Shown: positions 1 through 8,941, numbered from the stretch's first letter. The stretch is 37,307 nucleotides of DNA from Candidatus Peregrinibacteria bacterium (GCA_016235895.1 JACRIB010000014.1:1-37307), one strand, 5' to 3'. Made by a program: numbers and translations. The notes: generated by a model from the letters alone, not told the origin.

Positions 1-32
1 AAACAGCCCATGGTGTAATTTACAGATTATAA

Positions 33-50
33 TTCCTCCCCGGGGAGGAA
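33..50. repeat. Perfect 18-bp palindrome flanked by 8-bp direct repeats
   Basis: TTCCTCCCC|GGGGAGGAA at 33-50; TACAGATT at 21-28 and 53-60. Confidence 0.8.
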
Positions 51-141
51 CCTACAGATTGAGATTTTCCAAAGATTTTTACGAAATATTTTGTCAACAG
101 CGTTTATTTTATAAAAACTGGGGTCTTTTTAGGGCAGCCTA

Positions 142-170
142 TTGACAGATTGAATGTTTTATGTTATCTT
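142..170 (+). promoter_or_regulatory. Sigma70-type promoter of the methyltransferase gene
   Basis: TTGACA (142-147), 17-nt spacer, TG-n-TATCTT (165-170). Confidence 0.6.
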
Positions 171-196
171 CAAAGGCTTAATTTTGTTTAAATATT

Positions 197-1429
197 GTGG
201 TTAAATTGAATAATAAAACTTGTGTAATAAGAGGCGAGGAGGTGCGCTATCTTGGTAGTTTTGATGATGTTGCAAGAGGTAGGTATGTTAATGGAGGATT
301 TGAAACTGTTGATGGTGTTAGATCGATGGTTGGTGTTGTCTGTAAAGATTGTTTGCCGGTTTTGAATTGTGCCGTGAATGCTCATTTTTTGGATGGTAGC
401 GAAAAAAAGAAAAGGGCAGGAATCTTACGTGATATTAGGGATCCTGCTTTTGTTACAGCGGCTGTGCAGAATCATGCCAGACGTAGAGTGGAGATGTTGC
501 TTGGTGATTTAGAAAATGATACTGATTGGGAGCAAGTGGTGCGGGAATTGAAGACCTTTTTAATGCATGGGTTGGATATAAATAATTTTGATGAAGGTCC
601 TGAGCATGGCTTGGATCCAAAGAGGGCTTTGGCTTGCATGCTTGAGGAACAGAGAACTATGAAATTTATCAAAGGTTTGTATGGTGCCTTGGAGGCTTTG
701 GATGAGGGACGTGAGGATATAGAGATGGTAGATGCTGGTTGTGGTCCCGTGCTGTTATTTGGTATTTTGGCTGCTTTAAGATCGGATAAAACTATGGTAA
801 CTTGTTTGGAAATCAATGAAGGTTCGGCAAGAATGGCGGTAAAGATTATTGAAAGATTAAGGCTTGAGAATAGGGTAAAAGTGGTGAATTGCGATGCCAC
901 TAAATATCAACATCCACGACCGATTGATCTTTTGGTTTCAGAAACAATGTATTCCGGTCTTACGGAAGAGCCGCAGGCTCAAATTTTTGGTAATTTGGCG
1001 CCGCAAGTTGTTGATGATGGAATTGTGATGCCGGAGAGCATAAGTGTGGAAGCCGGTTTGGTTTCTAAGGCTTTAGTAAGTTTGCATGGATCTAGATTTG
1101 CTATGCCGCAAATGGCTGAGGGATGTGTGTATTTTGCTCATGAGCCTGTGGAAGTTGCCAGACTGACGAGGAGTAATTTATTGAAAACCGTGGATGGAAG
1201 AATATCAACGCAGGGAGTAAGGCCCGGTGAATATTTGGTTGGGTTAAGATCGAAGATTCATGTACATGGTAATGTGACGGTGAGTGGTGGTGATTCTAGA
1301 ATTTCGGCACCGGTTTTACCCCCGACGTATCTAAGAATTGCTGATAGAATTGCTGATACTGAAAATAATGTAAGAGTTAGATATACTCCCGGAGTTGCGG
1401 TGGAAAGTATTGTGCCTACGATTGAGTGA
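197..1429 (+). CDS. Class I SAM-dependent methyltransferase (PRMT-like/COG4076-like) with N-terminal extension
   Basis: Motif I VDAGCGP, acidic motif CLEIN, VVNCDAT, DLLVSET...LTEEPQ; start codon (GTG) uncertain. Confidence 0.75.
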   Translation: MVKLNNKTCVIRGEEVRYLGSFDDVARGRYVNGGFETVDGVRSMVGVVCKDCLPVLNCAVNAHFLDGSEKKKRAGILRDIRDPAFVTAAVQNHARRRVEMLLGDLENDTDWEQVVRELKTFLMHGLDINNFDEGPEHGLDPKRALACMLEEQRTMKFIKGLYGALEALDEGREDIEMVDAGCGPVLLFGILAALRSDKTMVTCLEINEGSARMAVKIIERLRLENRVKVVNCDATKYQHPRPIDLLVSETMYSGLTEEPQAQIFGNLAPQVVDDGIVMPESISVEAGLVSKALVSLHGSRFAMPQMAEGCVYFAHEPVEVARLTRSNLLKTVDGRISTQGVRPGEYLVGLRSKIHVHGNVTVSGGDSRISAPVLPPTYLRIADRIADTENNVRVRYTPGVAVESIVPTIE

Positions 1430-1500
1430 TTTTGCCACATCTTCGGCGGGCAGCCTTTGGCTTTTGAGCGCACCGGGTAGGCGCTTGAGCGAGTGCTCTG

Positions 1501-1575
1501 TGGTAGCGCCACGGGGAATCGAACCCCGGTTTACGGGATGAAAACCCGCTGTCCTAACCATTAGACGATGGCGCC
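1501..1575 (-). tRNA. tRNA-Glu (TTC), CCA encoded
   Basis: Reverse complement GGCGCCATCGTCTAATGGTTAGGACAGCGGGTTTTCATCCCGTAAACCGGGGTTCGATTCCCCGTGGCGCTACCA folds as a cloverleaf with anticodon TTC and GTTCGA T-loop. Confidence 0.96.
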
Positions 1576-1585
1576 ATGCGGAGTT

Positions 1586-1613
1586 AGTATAAGGATTGCC
1601 AAGGCCTTGTCAA
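1586..1613 (-). promoter_or_regulatory. Promoter of tRNA-Glu
   Basis: TTGACA (1613-1608), 16 nt, TATACT (1591-1586), followed by a GC-rich discriminator-like sequence. Confidence 0.7.
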
Positions 1614-1620
1614 TCGGTGT

Positions 1621-1971
1621 CTATTTGCGAATTTTGTTGTCTTCCGGGGTGACGTAATTTTTTGTTTCGATTTTTTGCATTTCGAAAATTTGTTTGTTGT
1701 CCTGCAAATTCGTGAAAGAGTTGGAGTCGGTTACTTTGGTGGTGAGGTCGATGTTTTCATTTTTTAAATCTTTGTTTTCACTTTTTAGTTTTTGGAGAAT
1801 ATTGCCTTTTTGAGCCCCGCTATTGCTGATGAAAAGAAAGGCTATGGAAAGCACAAAAATCATTGTGCCAAGAGTGATGACCAGCATACGAATGGTTCTT
1901 TTGGTTTCGCTTTTGAGGGTTTCTTTGGTGTGAATTTTGCCGTGTTTTAGTTCGTAATCTATGAGGCTCAT
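1621..1971 (-). CDS. Single-pass membrane coiled-coil protein (FtsL/septum formation initiator-like)
   Basis: Basic N-terminus, one TM helix, then heptad coiled coil; ATGA overlap with the upstream gene. Confidence 0.55.
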   Translation of the reverse strand: MSLIDYELKHGKIHTKETLKSETKRTIRMLVITLGTMIFVLSIAFLFISNSGAQKGNILQKLKSENKDLKNENIDLTTKVTDSNSFTNLQDNKQIFEMQKIETKNYVTPEDNKIRK

Positions 1972-2978
1972 AGGTCTGGTGCGACTTGATGAAATTGAAT
2001 TGGTATGACTCCTTCACTTGGTGGGGCCAGTTTGGCGAAAGCGGTTTTTGAGAGGTCCAGAACGCGGCCCGGTCCGAAAGGTCCGCGGTCACTGACTTTG
2101 ACTTTTACCGATTTGCCGTTGGATAGATTGATCACTTCCACGATTGTGCCAAAAGGCAAAGTTTTGTGGGCGGTAAGCATTAAACTTTTGTCATAGCTGT
2201 CGTGATCTTTGGTTGGCAGGCCTTGATAATATGTGGCGTTGCCGAATTCGAAGCCTTCCTTGTTTTGCATTGTTCTGTAAATGATTTCGGCCAGATAGCC
2301 GCGGGTCATTTTTTGAGTTGGATTGATGGTGTTTTCGTCACTGATGTCGATGATTTCATGGACGCCGGCGTAGCTGGTGTATTTGCTGTACCAAGCGTCC
2401 GGCGCGGTGTCTTTGAAATTGACATCCAGGCCGTTGGCAAAATTTATTTGATCTTTGTTTATCGTATTTACCGATTCGAAGTACATTTTTAGAGCTTCCG
2501 CGAGATTGATGGTGACATCCGGTTTGAAGCTGCCATCTTTGTAACCGTCGATGATTTTTTGGTCTTTGGCGGCGACTAAATATGGCGTGTACCAGGCTTT
2601 TAAGGGAGTGTCGGTGAATGGAGCCTTAGCATCAGCCGCGCACCCCGCGCGGCATGGAGCCTTAGCATCAGCCGCGCACCCCGCGCGGCATGGAGCCTTG
2701 GCATCAGCCGTGCTTGGTTTTACTGGTGGATCTTTGAAAACTCCGCTGGCCAGAGTAAGCATTTTTAGGGCTTCGGCACGATTGATTTCTTTGTTTGGCT
2801 TGAAGCTGCCATCTTCGTAGCCCTCAATGATATTTTTTTCTTTTAAATGGGAAATGGCGACAAAGTAGGCGTTGCCTTCGCGTACATCGGTAAAGCTGTC
2901 CGCGGAAACAGTGGAGAGGTTTGTAGAGAGGAAGATAGGAATGAGTAACGTGGTGGCAAGTAGTTTGGTGTTACTCAT
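1968..2978 (-). CDS. rlpA: SLH-domain protein with C-terminal RlpA-like (DPBB) lytic transglycosylase domain
   Basis: Signal peptide; SLH motifs (FTDV...IIEGYEDGSFKPNKEINRAE); RlpA motifs ATYY, TAHKTLPFGT, DRGPF...LDLS. Confidence 0.85.
   Translation of the reverse strand: MSNTKLLATTLLIPIFLSTNLSTVSADSFTDVREGNAYFVAISHLKEKNIIEGYEDGSFKPNKEINRAEALKMLTLASGVFKDPPVKPSTADAKAPCRAGCAADAKAPCRAGCAADAKAPFTDTPLKAWYTPYLVAAKDQKIIDGYKDGSFKPDVTINLAEALKMYFESVNTINKDQINFANGLDVNFKDTAPDAWYSKYTSYAGVHEIIDISDENTINPTQKMTRGYLAEIIYRTMQNKEGFEFGNATYYQGLPTKDHDSYDKSLMLTAHKTLPFGTIVEVINLSNGKSVKVKVSDRGPFGPGRVLDLSKTAFAKLAPPSEGVIPIQFHQVAPDL
2618..2710. repeat. In-frame 36-nt tandem repeat (2 full copies + 21 nt) containing a hairpin
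   Basis: ATGGAGCCTTAGCATCAGCCGCGCACCCCGCGCGGC at 2618-2653 and 2654-2689, partial at 2690-2710; encodes ADAKAPCRAGCA repeats. Confidence 0.95.
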
Positions 2979-2984
2979 GAGAAT

Positions 2985-3449
2985 TTATGATTTAAGTTTA
3001 ATAATCACGTGACGGTGGTCGCCGTCGCCTTCGCTGGAAGTTTCGATGTCGTCGAAGCCGGCACCCATGCAATAAAGATGGATTTTGCGGCGGAAATATG
3101 GTGACATGGCCGGTAGAATTTGTTTGCGGCCGGTCTTGCGCACCATCTCAACTTTTCGCTGGGTTAAAGCAATGACATTGTCTTCTTGACGTTTACGATA
3201 GTCGTCGATATCCACCAGAATATTGAATTTTTCGTTTTCAAATTTTTTCCAGACAAGTACCTTAAGCAAATGTTGCAAAGCCTGGATGTTTTCGCCGTGA
3301 TAGCCGATTAAAAGGCTTGGTTCCACACTTTTTATATTCACCACGTAACTGTCTTTTTCGTCTTCATTGATCACGATTTTGGTATACTTGGTGCCTAATT
3401 TTTTGAGAATCTCTTCGAGAGTCTCATGTAATACGTCTTCAATATCCAT
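2985..3449 (-). CDS. jag: Jag/KhpB-like RNA-binding protein (KH + R3H)
   Basis: KH motif LLIGYHGENIQALQ, VDIDDYR, R3H motif PAMSPYFRRKIH, SEGDG..RHV; downstream of yidC. Confidence 0.88.
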   Translation of the reverse strand: MDIEDVLHETLEEILKKLGTKYTKIVINEDEKDSYVVNIKSVEPSLLIGYHGENIQALQHLLKVLVWKKFENEKFNILVDIDDYRKRQEDNVIALTQRKVEMVRKTGRKQILPAMSPYFRRKIHLYCMGAGFDDIETSSEGDGDHRHVIIKLKS

Positions 3450-3467
3450 ATATTTAAGTTAGGAATA

Positions 3468-4712
3468 TTACTTGGTTATCACTCTTACCGTCGGTTCATC
3501 GGGATCTTTTTTCTTGCCGCTCCTGTTCACAATAAGCTGCTGTATTATGCCATAAAAAGTTGTAGTTCCCCAGTAAATTCCTACACCGGCGGGCATGGAG
3601 ACGGTAAAGATGGCCATTATTACGGGCATGATGTAAGTCATCATGCTGTTAGCGACCGCCATTTCGTTCTTTGGCTTGCTGCCATCGTTTTGTTGTTTTT
3701 TGCCCGCTTTTATGGAGGCCAATTTCATTTGAATAAATTGTAGACCGCCGATTACCAATGCCAGAATATAATTGTTGGCCGCGGTGAGATCCAGCGAGCT
3801 AAAGAATTTTACATTGATGTCACTGAGCGAAAAATTGTCATATTGGTTGTAAAGCATGTAAGTATTGTCCGGATTCAGGCCATTTTTGATGACGTAAAAC
3901 AAGGCGATTATAAAGGGAAATTGCAGCAAAATTGGCAGACAGCTGCCGAGGGGACTGACCTTGGCTTCTTTCCATACGGCCATGGTTTCCATGGAGATTT
4001 TTTGCTGATCGCCTTTGTATTGTTCCTTGATTTTATTCAGGCGTGGTTGGAGTTCTTGCATGCGACGCTGAGATTTCATGGATTTTTGCGAAGGCACGAG
4101 CAGGATGGTGCGGATAATTATTGTTAGAAGGATGATGGCAATGCCGAGGTCGTGTCCGGGCGCTATGTAAGCCAGAAAAATGAGTCCGTTGTAAATAGGG
4201 CGATAGAAAAGTCCGGTAAATAATTGACGGAAAATACCTTCTTTTACCACCGTGAATTCGTTGGTGTTGAAAGTTTGTGGTTTGCCATCGACATTGGTGG
4301 TGAAGGAAATTTTGTAGCGACCCATTTCGCCGAATAGAGCGTTATTCCAATTGTCGTAAGCCACTTTTGTATCCTTGCCCGCTTCAATCTTTAGATCAGT
4401 GGTTTTGCCGCAATCCAATTTTGGTGCGGCGGTTTTTTGAACCAAGTTATTATTTTCAAAACGATAAACATCGAATGGTTCCTTTGGACATTCATTGGGA
4501 ATGGTGATGGCTGTTTTGCTGTCATTGAGAATATCTACGGTAATGGTTTCTCTTCTGCTAAATTCGTTGGAAGTCGTAAGAAAAGTGATACTGCCCGGAT
4601 TGGTGTTTAATTGTTCGGTTTTGCTTTGGAAGCTTTGAAAAATGTAATTTATGATCAAAAATATGATCAGAAAAGTAAGTATGTTTTTGAGAGTTTTGTT
4701 GAATTTATCCAT
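3468..4712 (-). CDS. yidC: Membrane protein insertase YidC/Oxa1 family
   Basis: GIAIILLTIIIR, LQPRLNKIKEQYKGD, GSCLPILLQFP, PAGVGIYW; rpmH-rnpA-yidC-jag synteny. Confidence 0.93.
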   Translation of the reverse strand: MDKFNKTLKNILTFLIIFLIINYIFQSFQSKTEQLNTNPGSITFLTTSNEFSRRETITVDILNDSKTAITIPNECPKEPFDVYRFENNNLVQKTAAPKLDCGKTTDLKIEAGKDTKVAYDNWNNALFGEMGRYKISFTTNVDGKPQTFNTNEFTVVKEGIFRQLFTGLFYRPIYNGLIFLAYIAPGHDLGIAIILLTIIIRTILLVPSQKSMKSQRRMQELQPRLNKIKEQYKGDQQKISMETMAVWKEAKVSPLGSCLPILLQFPFIIALFYVIKNGLNPDNTYMLYNQYDNFSLSDINVKFFSSLDLTAANNYILALVIGGLQFIQMKLASIKAGKKQQNDGSKPKNEMAVANSMMTYIMPVIMAIFTVSMPAGVGIYWGTTTFYGIIQQLIVNRSGKKKDPDEPTVRVITK

Positions 4713-5031
4713 GTATATTGTTTTTTATGTCCTCTTCCAGCGCTTTGTAAGAATTTTTGATAATGTTTTTTTTGGCGATAAGGATTGAATCCGTACCTGG
4801 GACATTCAGATTGAGCATGTTAAGTCGCAGAATTTCGTATATTTGTCGGCGCAGATGATTTCTTTTTACCGCTTTAGCATGCACTTTTTTGCTGATAATG
4901 GTGCGATAGCGACAGAAATCACTATTATTTTTTTTGTGCCTTATTATAAAGAACTTGGAGGTGTAAGAATCGCCCTTTTTCAGAATGTAATCAATAAATT
5001 GCCTGGGAATACGGTATTTTTGGGCCAGCAT
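4705..5031 (-). CDS. rnpA: Ribonuclease P protein component
   Basis: ISKKVHAKAVKRNHLRRQI (RNR-type motif) and synteny. Confidence 0.92.
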   Translation of the reverse strand: MLAQKYRIPRQFIDYILKKGDSYTSKFFIIRHKKNNSDFCRYRTIISKKVHAKAVKRNHLRRQIYEILRLNMLNLNVPGTDSILIAKKNIIKNSYKALEEDIKNNIHG

Positions 5032-5162
5032 TATTTCTTGGAATGAATTGAAACGGTCAATCTTTTGCGACCTTTGGCGCGACGTCTGGCTAGCACGGGA
5101 GCTTTTCTGCTGCGGAATCCATGAGTTTTAAGACGACCGCGTTTTTTCAGTTTTTCTAACAT
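5031..5162 (-). CDS. rpmH: 50S ribosomal protein L34 (43 aa, not in the ORF track)
   Basis: Translates MLEKLKKRGRLKTHGFRSRKAPVLARRRAKGRKRLTVSIHSKK; HGFR and VLARRRAKGRKRL motifs; TAATG overlap with rnpA. Confidence 0.92.
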   Translation of the reverse strand: MLEKLKKRGRLKTHGFRSRKAPVLARRRAKGRKRLTVSIHSKK

Positions 5163-5198
5163 ATTGTGAAAATGATTAAAATAGAATTTAGCTCGGCG

Positions 5199-5275
5199 AT
5201 TCTAGTCTAAAATATAAGCTAAAGTCAATTATAATTTAGCTTTCTATTGCCATTTTTGGCTTAGCCTAGTATATT
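5199..5275. promoter_or_regulatory. Divergent sigma70 promoters (rpmH operon and 5303 gene)
   Basis: Minus strand TTGACT (5228-5223), 18 nt, TAGAAT (5204-5199); plus strand TTGCCA (5247-5252), 17 nt, TATATT (5270-5275). Confidence 0.55.
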
Positions 5276-5302
5276 TGGCCCAGTTATTATTTAGTATAAA
5301 TT

Positions 5303-7300
5303 ATGGCAGCACTTAAAGCAGGTTATGAGTTTTTGTTTGTTGGACGCGATGATAACAGTTTTTTGGAGAATTATGCCTACGATCTTTTCCAGGATCATGG
5401 CGAGAAAAGTGGACAAGTTTTCATAAATTTAGAGATTCAGAATAATCCGGTGGACGCGGAAGAGATTGCGCAGGCAATTTTTGAGACCATGCAAAAAGTA
5501 TTTTTTGAGGATGTGGCCAGGGAGCCGTATGGCCGTTTTGAGGCTTCTTTAAAGGCTATTAATGGTGTACTGTCTCAATTTAAAGCGCAGAAAAGTTCCG
5601 GTTATATTGGAAATTTGAATATTATTGTGGCGGCGATCGTGGGTGACGAGTTGTTTTTGACTCAAACCGGTGACGCGGAGGCTTACCTCATTCGCAAGCG
5701 CTATGTGAGTATTGTGAGCGAAGGTTTGAATGAAGAAACCAGCGGTGAGGAGGTGTTTTCGACTATTGCCAATGGAAAAATCGAGCAAGGAGATATAGTT
5801 TTGTTTTCATCCACGAGACTCATTCGTTATATAGGAAGGAGTGATTTGGCTGAAGCGATTCATCGCAAAGATATCGCGCAGGCTTTGGCCAATGTTAGAG
5901 ACATTATTTCAACGGAAATTTTGGGCAGAGTGGGGCTTACCGGTATTGCTTTTGCTCATGCCGCCGTGGAGGATTTGAAAACGGTTGCGGAGGGAGAGGA
6001 TCATGTTTCACGAAGTATGTTGGAGGCGGATGAGGTCGGTGTGTCGGCTAAAGAGAACACTTTGACCGGTAAATTTTTGAGTATTTTCAAACGCGGTCCG
6101 GCCAGAAGAAGTTCCGGTTCGGGTATGGTGCGAGGAGTATTTTCAAATGTGGCTGATAGATTTGGTAATTTTAAAGAGAGTTTGATGGAAAAAGGAATGG
6201 GAAAGAACAAAATTTTGGCTTTGTTGGTGGGCGTGATTGTAGTTTTGGGAGTATTGGTTTTCTTTGCCAACAGTAATCGTGCGCAAAAGGAAGAATTACA
6301 AAAATTGGATCAAACTTTGACCGGCGTACAAGATAAATTGACTATGGCAGAGACTCAGAGCATAGCAAACAAACAAGCTGCCAAAGATACTTTGGACAAG
6401 GCTTATTTGGATGCGAAATCGGTGCTGGATTCCGGTTATTACAGAGATAAAGCGACGATTTACCTTTTGCAGATTGAAGAAACTCGTGACAAATTGGATA
6501 ACGTGAATCGTATTAACAATCCTAAGGTTATCGCTGATTTGGCGACGAAGAGATCGGACGTTAATGCTTTGGGTTTTGTGAATTTGAGTGATAGAGTTTT
6601 CGTTTACGAATACAATGCTTTGTATGAATTGGTTTTGGACCAAATTCAACAGCCGATCACTGTCGATAAAGATGAATCGATAATTGCGGCGGCCGGTTTT
6701 GATGATCAGAAATCCATTGTTTTCCTGACAAAAGCGGGCAAATTGATTCAATATAAGGATGGTAATATGAGTTTTATGGATACCGATGACGGCTCTTTTC
6801 ACAAGGGTTCGGCGCTTACGACTTGGAGTAATAAAGTTTATCTTTTGGACGTGGCGGCTAATCAAATTTGGAAATATGCTTACAAGGGCAGTAATGGTAA
6901 ATTTGGTAAGGCTGAGGGTTATGTGACGGATAAGACCGATGTTGCCAAGACCCAGGATTTCGCCATTGATTCCAATGTTTATTTGTTACAGGCCAATGGA
7001 GATATTTTGAAATTGTATGGTGGTACCAAGGTGCAATTTTATGTCAATAATGCGCCATTTAATAATCTGGTTGATCCACGAGTGATTTACACAAATGAGA
7101 AACTGGCGCAGGTTTATGTGTTGGATGGAAAAGCGGCCAGAGTTTTGGTTTATGACAAAGATAACAAGACCGGAAATATCAATTACAAATCGCAGTATTT
7201 ATTCTCCGGTGTGGGTGATTTGCGTGATTTGTATGTAAATCCGGACAGCAAAAAATTGTATGTGCTGACCAAGACGAAGGTGTTGGAGCAGGATTTATAA
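5303..7300 (+). CDS. Membrane protein: PP2C-like N-terminal domain, TM helix, coiled coil, extracellular beta-propeller
   Basis: LFLTQTGDAEAYLIR and GDIVLFSS resemble the PP2C fold; TM ILALLVGVIVVLGVLVFFA; NHL-like blades (VYLLD...QIWKY, FAIDSNVYLL, VYVLD..RVLVYD). Confidence 0.65.
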   Translation: MAALKAGYEFLFVGRDDNSFLENYAYDLFQDHGEKSGQVFINLEIQNNPVDAEEIAQAIFETMQKVFFEDVAREPYGRFEASLKAINGVLSQFKAQKSSGYIGNLNIIVAAIVGDELFLTQTGDAEAYLIRKRYVSIVSEGLNEETSGEEVFSTIANGKIEQGDIVLFSSTRLIRYIGRSDLAEAIHRKDIAQALANVRDIISTEILGRVGLTGIAFAHAAVEDLKTVAEGEDHVSRSMLEADEVGVSAKENTLTGKFLSIFKRGPARRSSGSGMVRGVFSNVADRFGNFKESLMEKGMGKNKILALLVGVIVVLGVLVFFANSNRAQKEELQKLDQTLTGVQDKLTMAETQSIANKQAAKDTLDKAYLDAKSVLDSGYYRDKATIYLLQIEETRDKLDNVNRINNPKVIADLATKRSDVNALGFVNLSDRVFVYEYNALYELVLDQIQQPITVDKDESIIAAAGFDDQKSIVFLTKAGKLIQYKDGNMSFMDTDDGSFHKGSALTTWSNKVYLLDVAANQIWKYAYKGSNGKFGKAEGYVTDKTDVAKTQDFAIDSNVYLLQANGDILKLYGGTKVQFYVNNAPFNNLVDPRVIYTNEKLAQVYVLDGKAARVLVYDKDNKTGNINYKSQYLFSGVGDLRDLYVNPDSKKLYVLTKTKVLEQDL

Positions 7301-8401
7301 GAATTCCATTGTTTCCATAGCGATCTGTTTTTCTTCGTTCGTTGGTATGACAAAGACGTTTTTGAGGTGGAGGAATTTGAGGTAGGCGAGGACTTTGTCG
7401 CGCACATAGAAGGCATGTTCGCCGATGCCGCCGGTAAAAACGAGGGCGTCGATGCCTTGTAATGCTGCGGCGAAGGCTCCGCAGGTTTTGGCGATTTGGT
7501 AGGCCAGGATTTCGATTGCGACAAGCGCTTTTTTGTTGTTTTTTTGACAGGCTTGGTGGATGTCGCGCATGTCCGAGCTTACTTGAGAAAGTGCGAGGAG
7601 GCCGGATTTATGGTTGAGAATTTCGTCGATTTTTTGTGGTGTAATTTTTAGTTTATTGGCGAGATGGAGAATGATTCCAGGATCGATTGAACCGCTGCGC
7701 GTGCCCATCGGTAGTCCTTCCATGGGAGTGAAACCCATGCTGGTATCGATGCATTTTCCGCTTATGCTGGCGGTGATGGAGGAACCATTGCCGAGGTGGC
7801 AGGAAATAATTTTTGGCGATTTAAGTGATGGTGAAGATTTTTTTAAAATTTTCAGGGCTTCGTTAGTGACGTATTTGTGGCTGGTTCCGTGGAAGCCGTA
7901 GCGGCGGATTTGGTATTTTTTGTAGAATATTTCTGGAATGGCATAGAGATAGGCTTTTTCCGGCATAGTTTGATGGAAGGCGGTGTCGAAAACGGCAATT
8001 TGTTTGGTTTTTGGCAAGAGTTTTTGGCAAGCGTGGATAGAGGCGAGGTTTGCCGGATTGTGAAGTGGGGCGAGGGAGGATAGTTTGGTGATTTCTTGGA
8101 GAATTTTGTTGTTGATGATGGTGGATTTTGTATACTTTTCTGCGCCATGAACGACGCGGTGACCGACAGCTGCAATTTCATTAAAGCTAGCGATTTTTTT
8201 TGTTTTTAATAAATTTTCCAAAATTAATTTTACCCCTTGTTCGTGATGTTTGATGTGGCACGTCTTGGAATTAAATTTGCAGCTTTTTAAACCGATACCG
8301 TCGATTAAGCCTTTAGCTAGGGGAATCGGTGATTTACCAGTTATGCTGAATAATGTTGATTTGATTGATGATGAGCCGGAATTTATGACTAGGATTTTCA
8401 T
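7295..8401 (-). CDS. ackA: Acetate kinase
   Basis: ILVINSGSSSIK, GHRVVHG, APLHNP, RRYGFHGTSH, HLGNGSS, FTGGIGE, TNEE. Confidence 0.97.
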   Translation of the reverse strand: MKILVINSGSSSIKSTLFSITGKSPIPLAKGLIDGIGLKSCKFNSKTCHIKHHEQGVKLILENLLKTKKIASFNEIAAVGHRVVHGAEKYTKSTIINNKILQEITKLSSLAPLHNPANLASIHACQKLLPKTKQIAVFDTAFHQTMPEKAYLYAIPEIFYKKYQIRRYGFHGTSHKYVTNEALKILKKSSPSLKSPKIISCHLGNGSSITASISGKCIDTSMGFTPMEGLPMGTRSGSIDPGIILHLANKLKITPQKIDEILNHKSGLLALSQVSSDMRDIHQACQKNNKKALVAIEILAYQIAKTCGAFAAALQGIDALVFTGGIGEHAFYVRDKVLAYLKFLHLKNVFVIPTNEEKQIAMETMEFL

Positions 8402-8934
8402 TCAATTACTTTATAAACCGGTGCGCCGACGGTTGGTTTTTGGTAAACCTTTAAGCCGATTTCGCTGCCGGTCGTGGCTAAATTGATATCTTTGCGATCA
8501 ATTTGCATGGATTTTACTTCCTGTTCAAAAAGGCCGTCCTGTTTTTCAAAAATAATATTGTTACCGGTGCGAATCGGGCTGGTGACGCGAATGATTGCTA
8601 CTTCAATTTTGTCGAAATAGCCCTCGCAGATGCCACAAGTTTTCATTTCACGAAATTCGGATTTTTTGGGGGCGGGGGCATCGTTGAAAGGATTTGGGAA
8701 AAGTTCTTGGGAGGGAAGGACGTTGGTTTGGATAGGAATTTCATCGAAAGTTGGGGAGGAGCTGTAAGTTCGCGGTACTCTTTTTTTTGCTTGGCGTTTT
8801 TTGTGAGATTTTTTTTGAGCATTTTGAGCTCGATCCAGGGCTGTTTCGAGATATGCAGGTTTTTTGCGTGCTTTAGCATTGATACTGCGTTTTCTTTGAT
8901 AGGCCGGAATGTTGATTGGATCTGGTTCTTCCAT
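8398..8934 (-). CDS. Hypothetical protein with C-terminal translation-factor-like/U32 C-terminal beta-barrel
   Basis: YFDKIEVAII...FEQEVKSMQID...GSEIGLKV...VYKV; disordered basic N-terminus; in the pta-ackA operon. Confidence 0.6.
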   Translation of the reverse strand: MEEPDPINIPAYQRKRSINAKARKKPAYLETALDRAQNAQKKSHKKRQAKKRVPRTYSSSPTFDEIPIQTNVLPSQELFPNPFNDAPAPKKSEFREMKTCGICEGYFDKIEVAIIRVTSPIRTGNNIIFEKQDGLFEQEVKSMQIDRKDINLATTGSEIGLKVYQKPTVGAPVYKVIE

Positions 8935-8941
8935 ATATTAA

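Noticed and set aside
2618-2710. 36-nt repeats as a CRISPR array
   Set aside because: Copies are head-to-tail with no unique spacers, lie in frame in a CDS, and no cas genes are present.
5163-5302. oriC next to rpmH-rnpA-yidC
   Set aside because: No dnaA gene and no TTATCCACA-type boxes seen; the spacer is explained by two divergent promoters.
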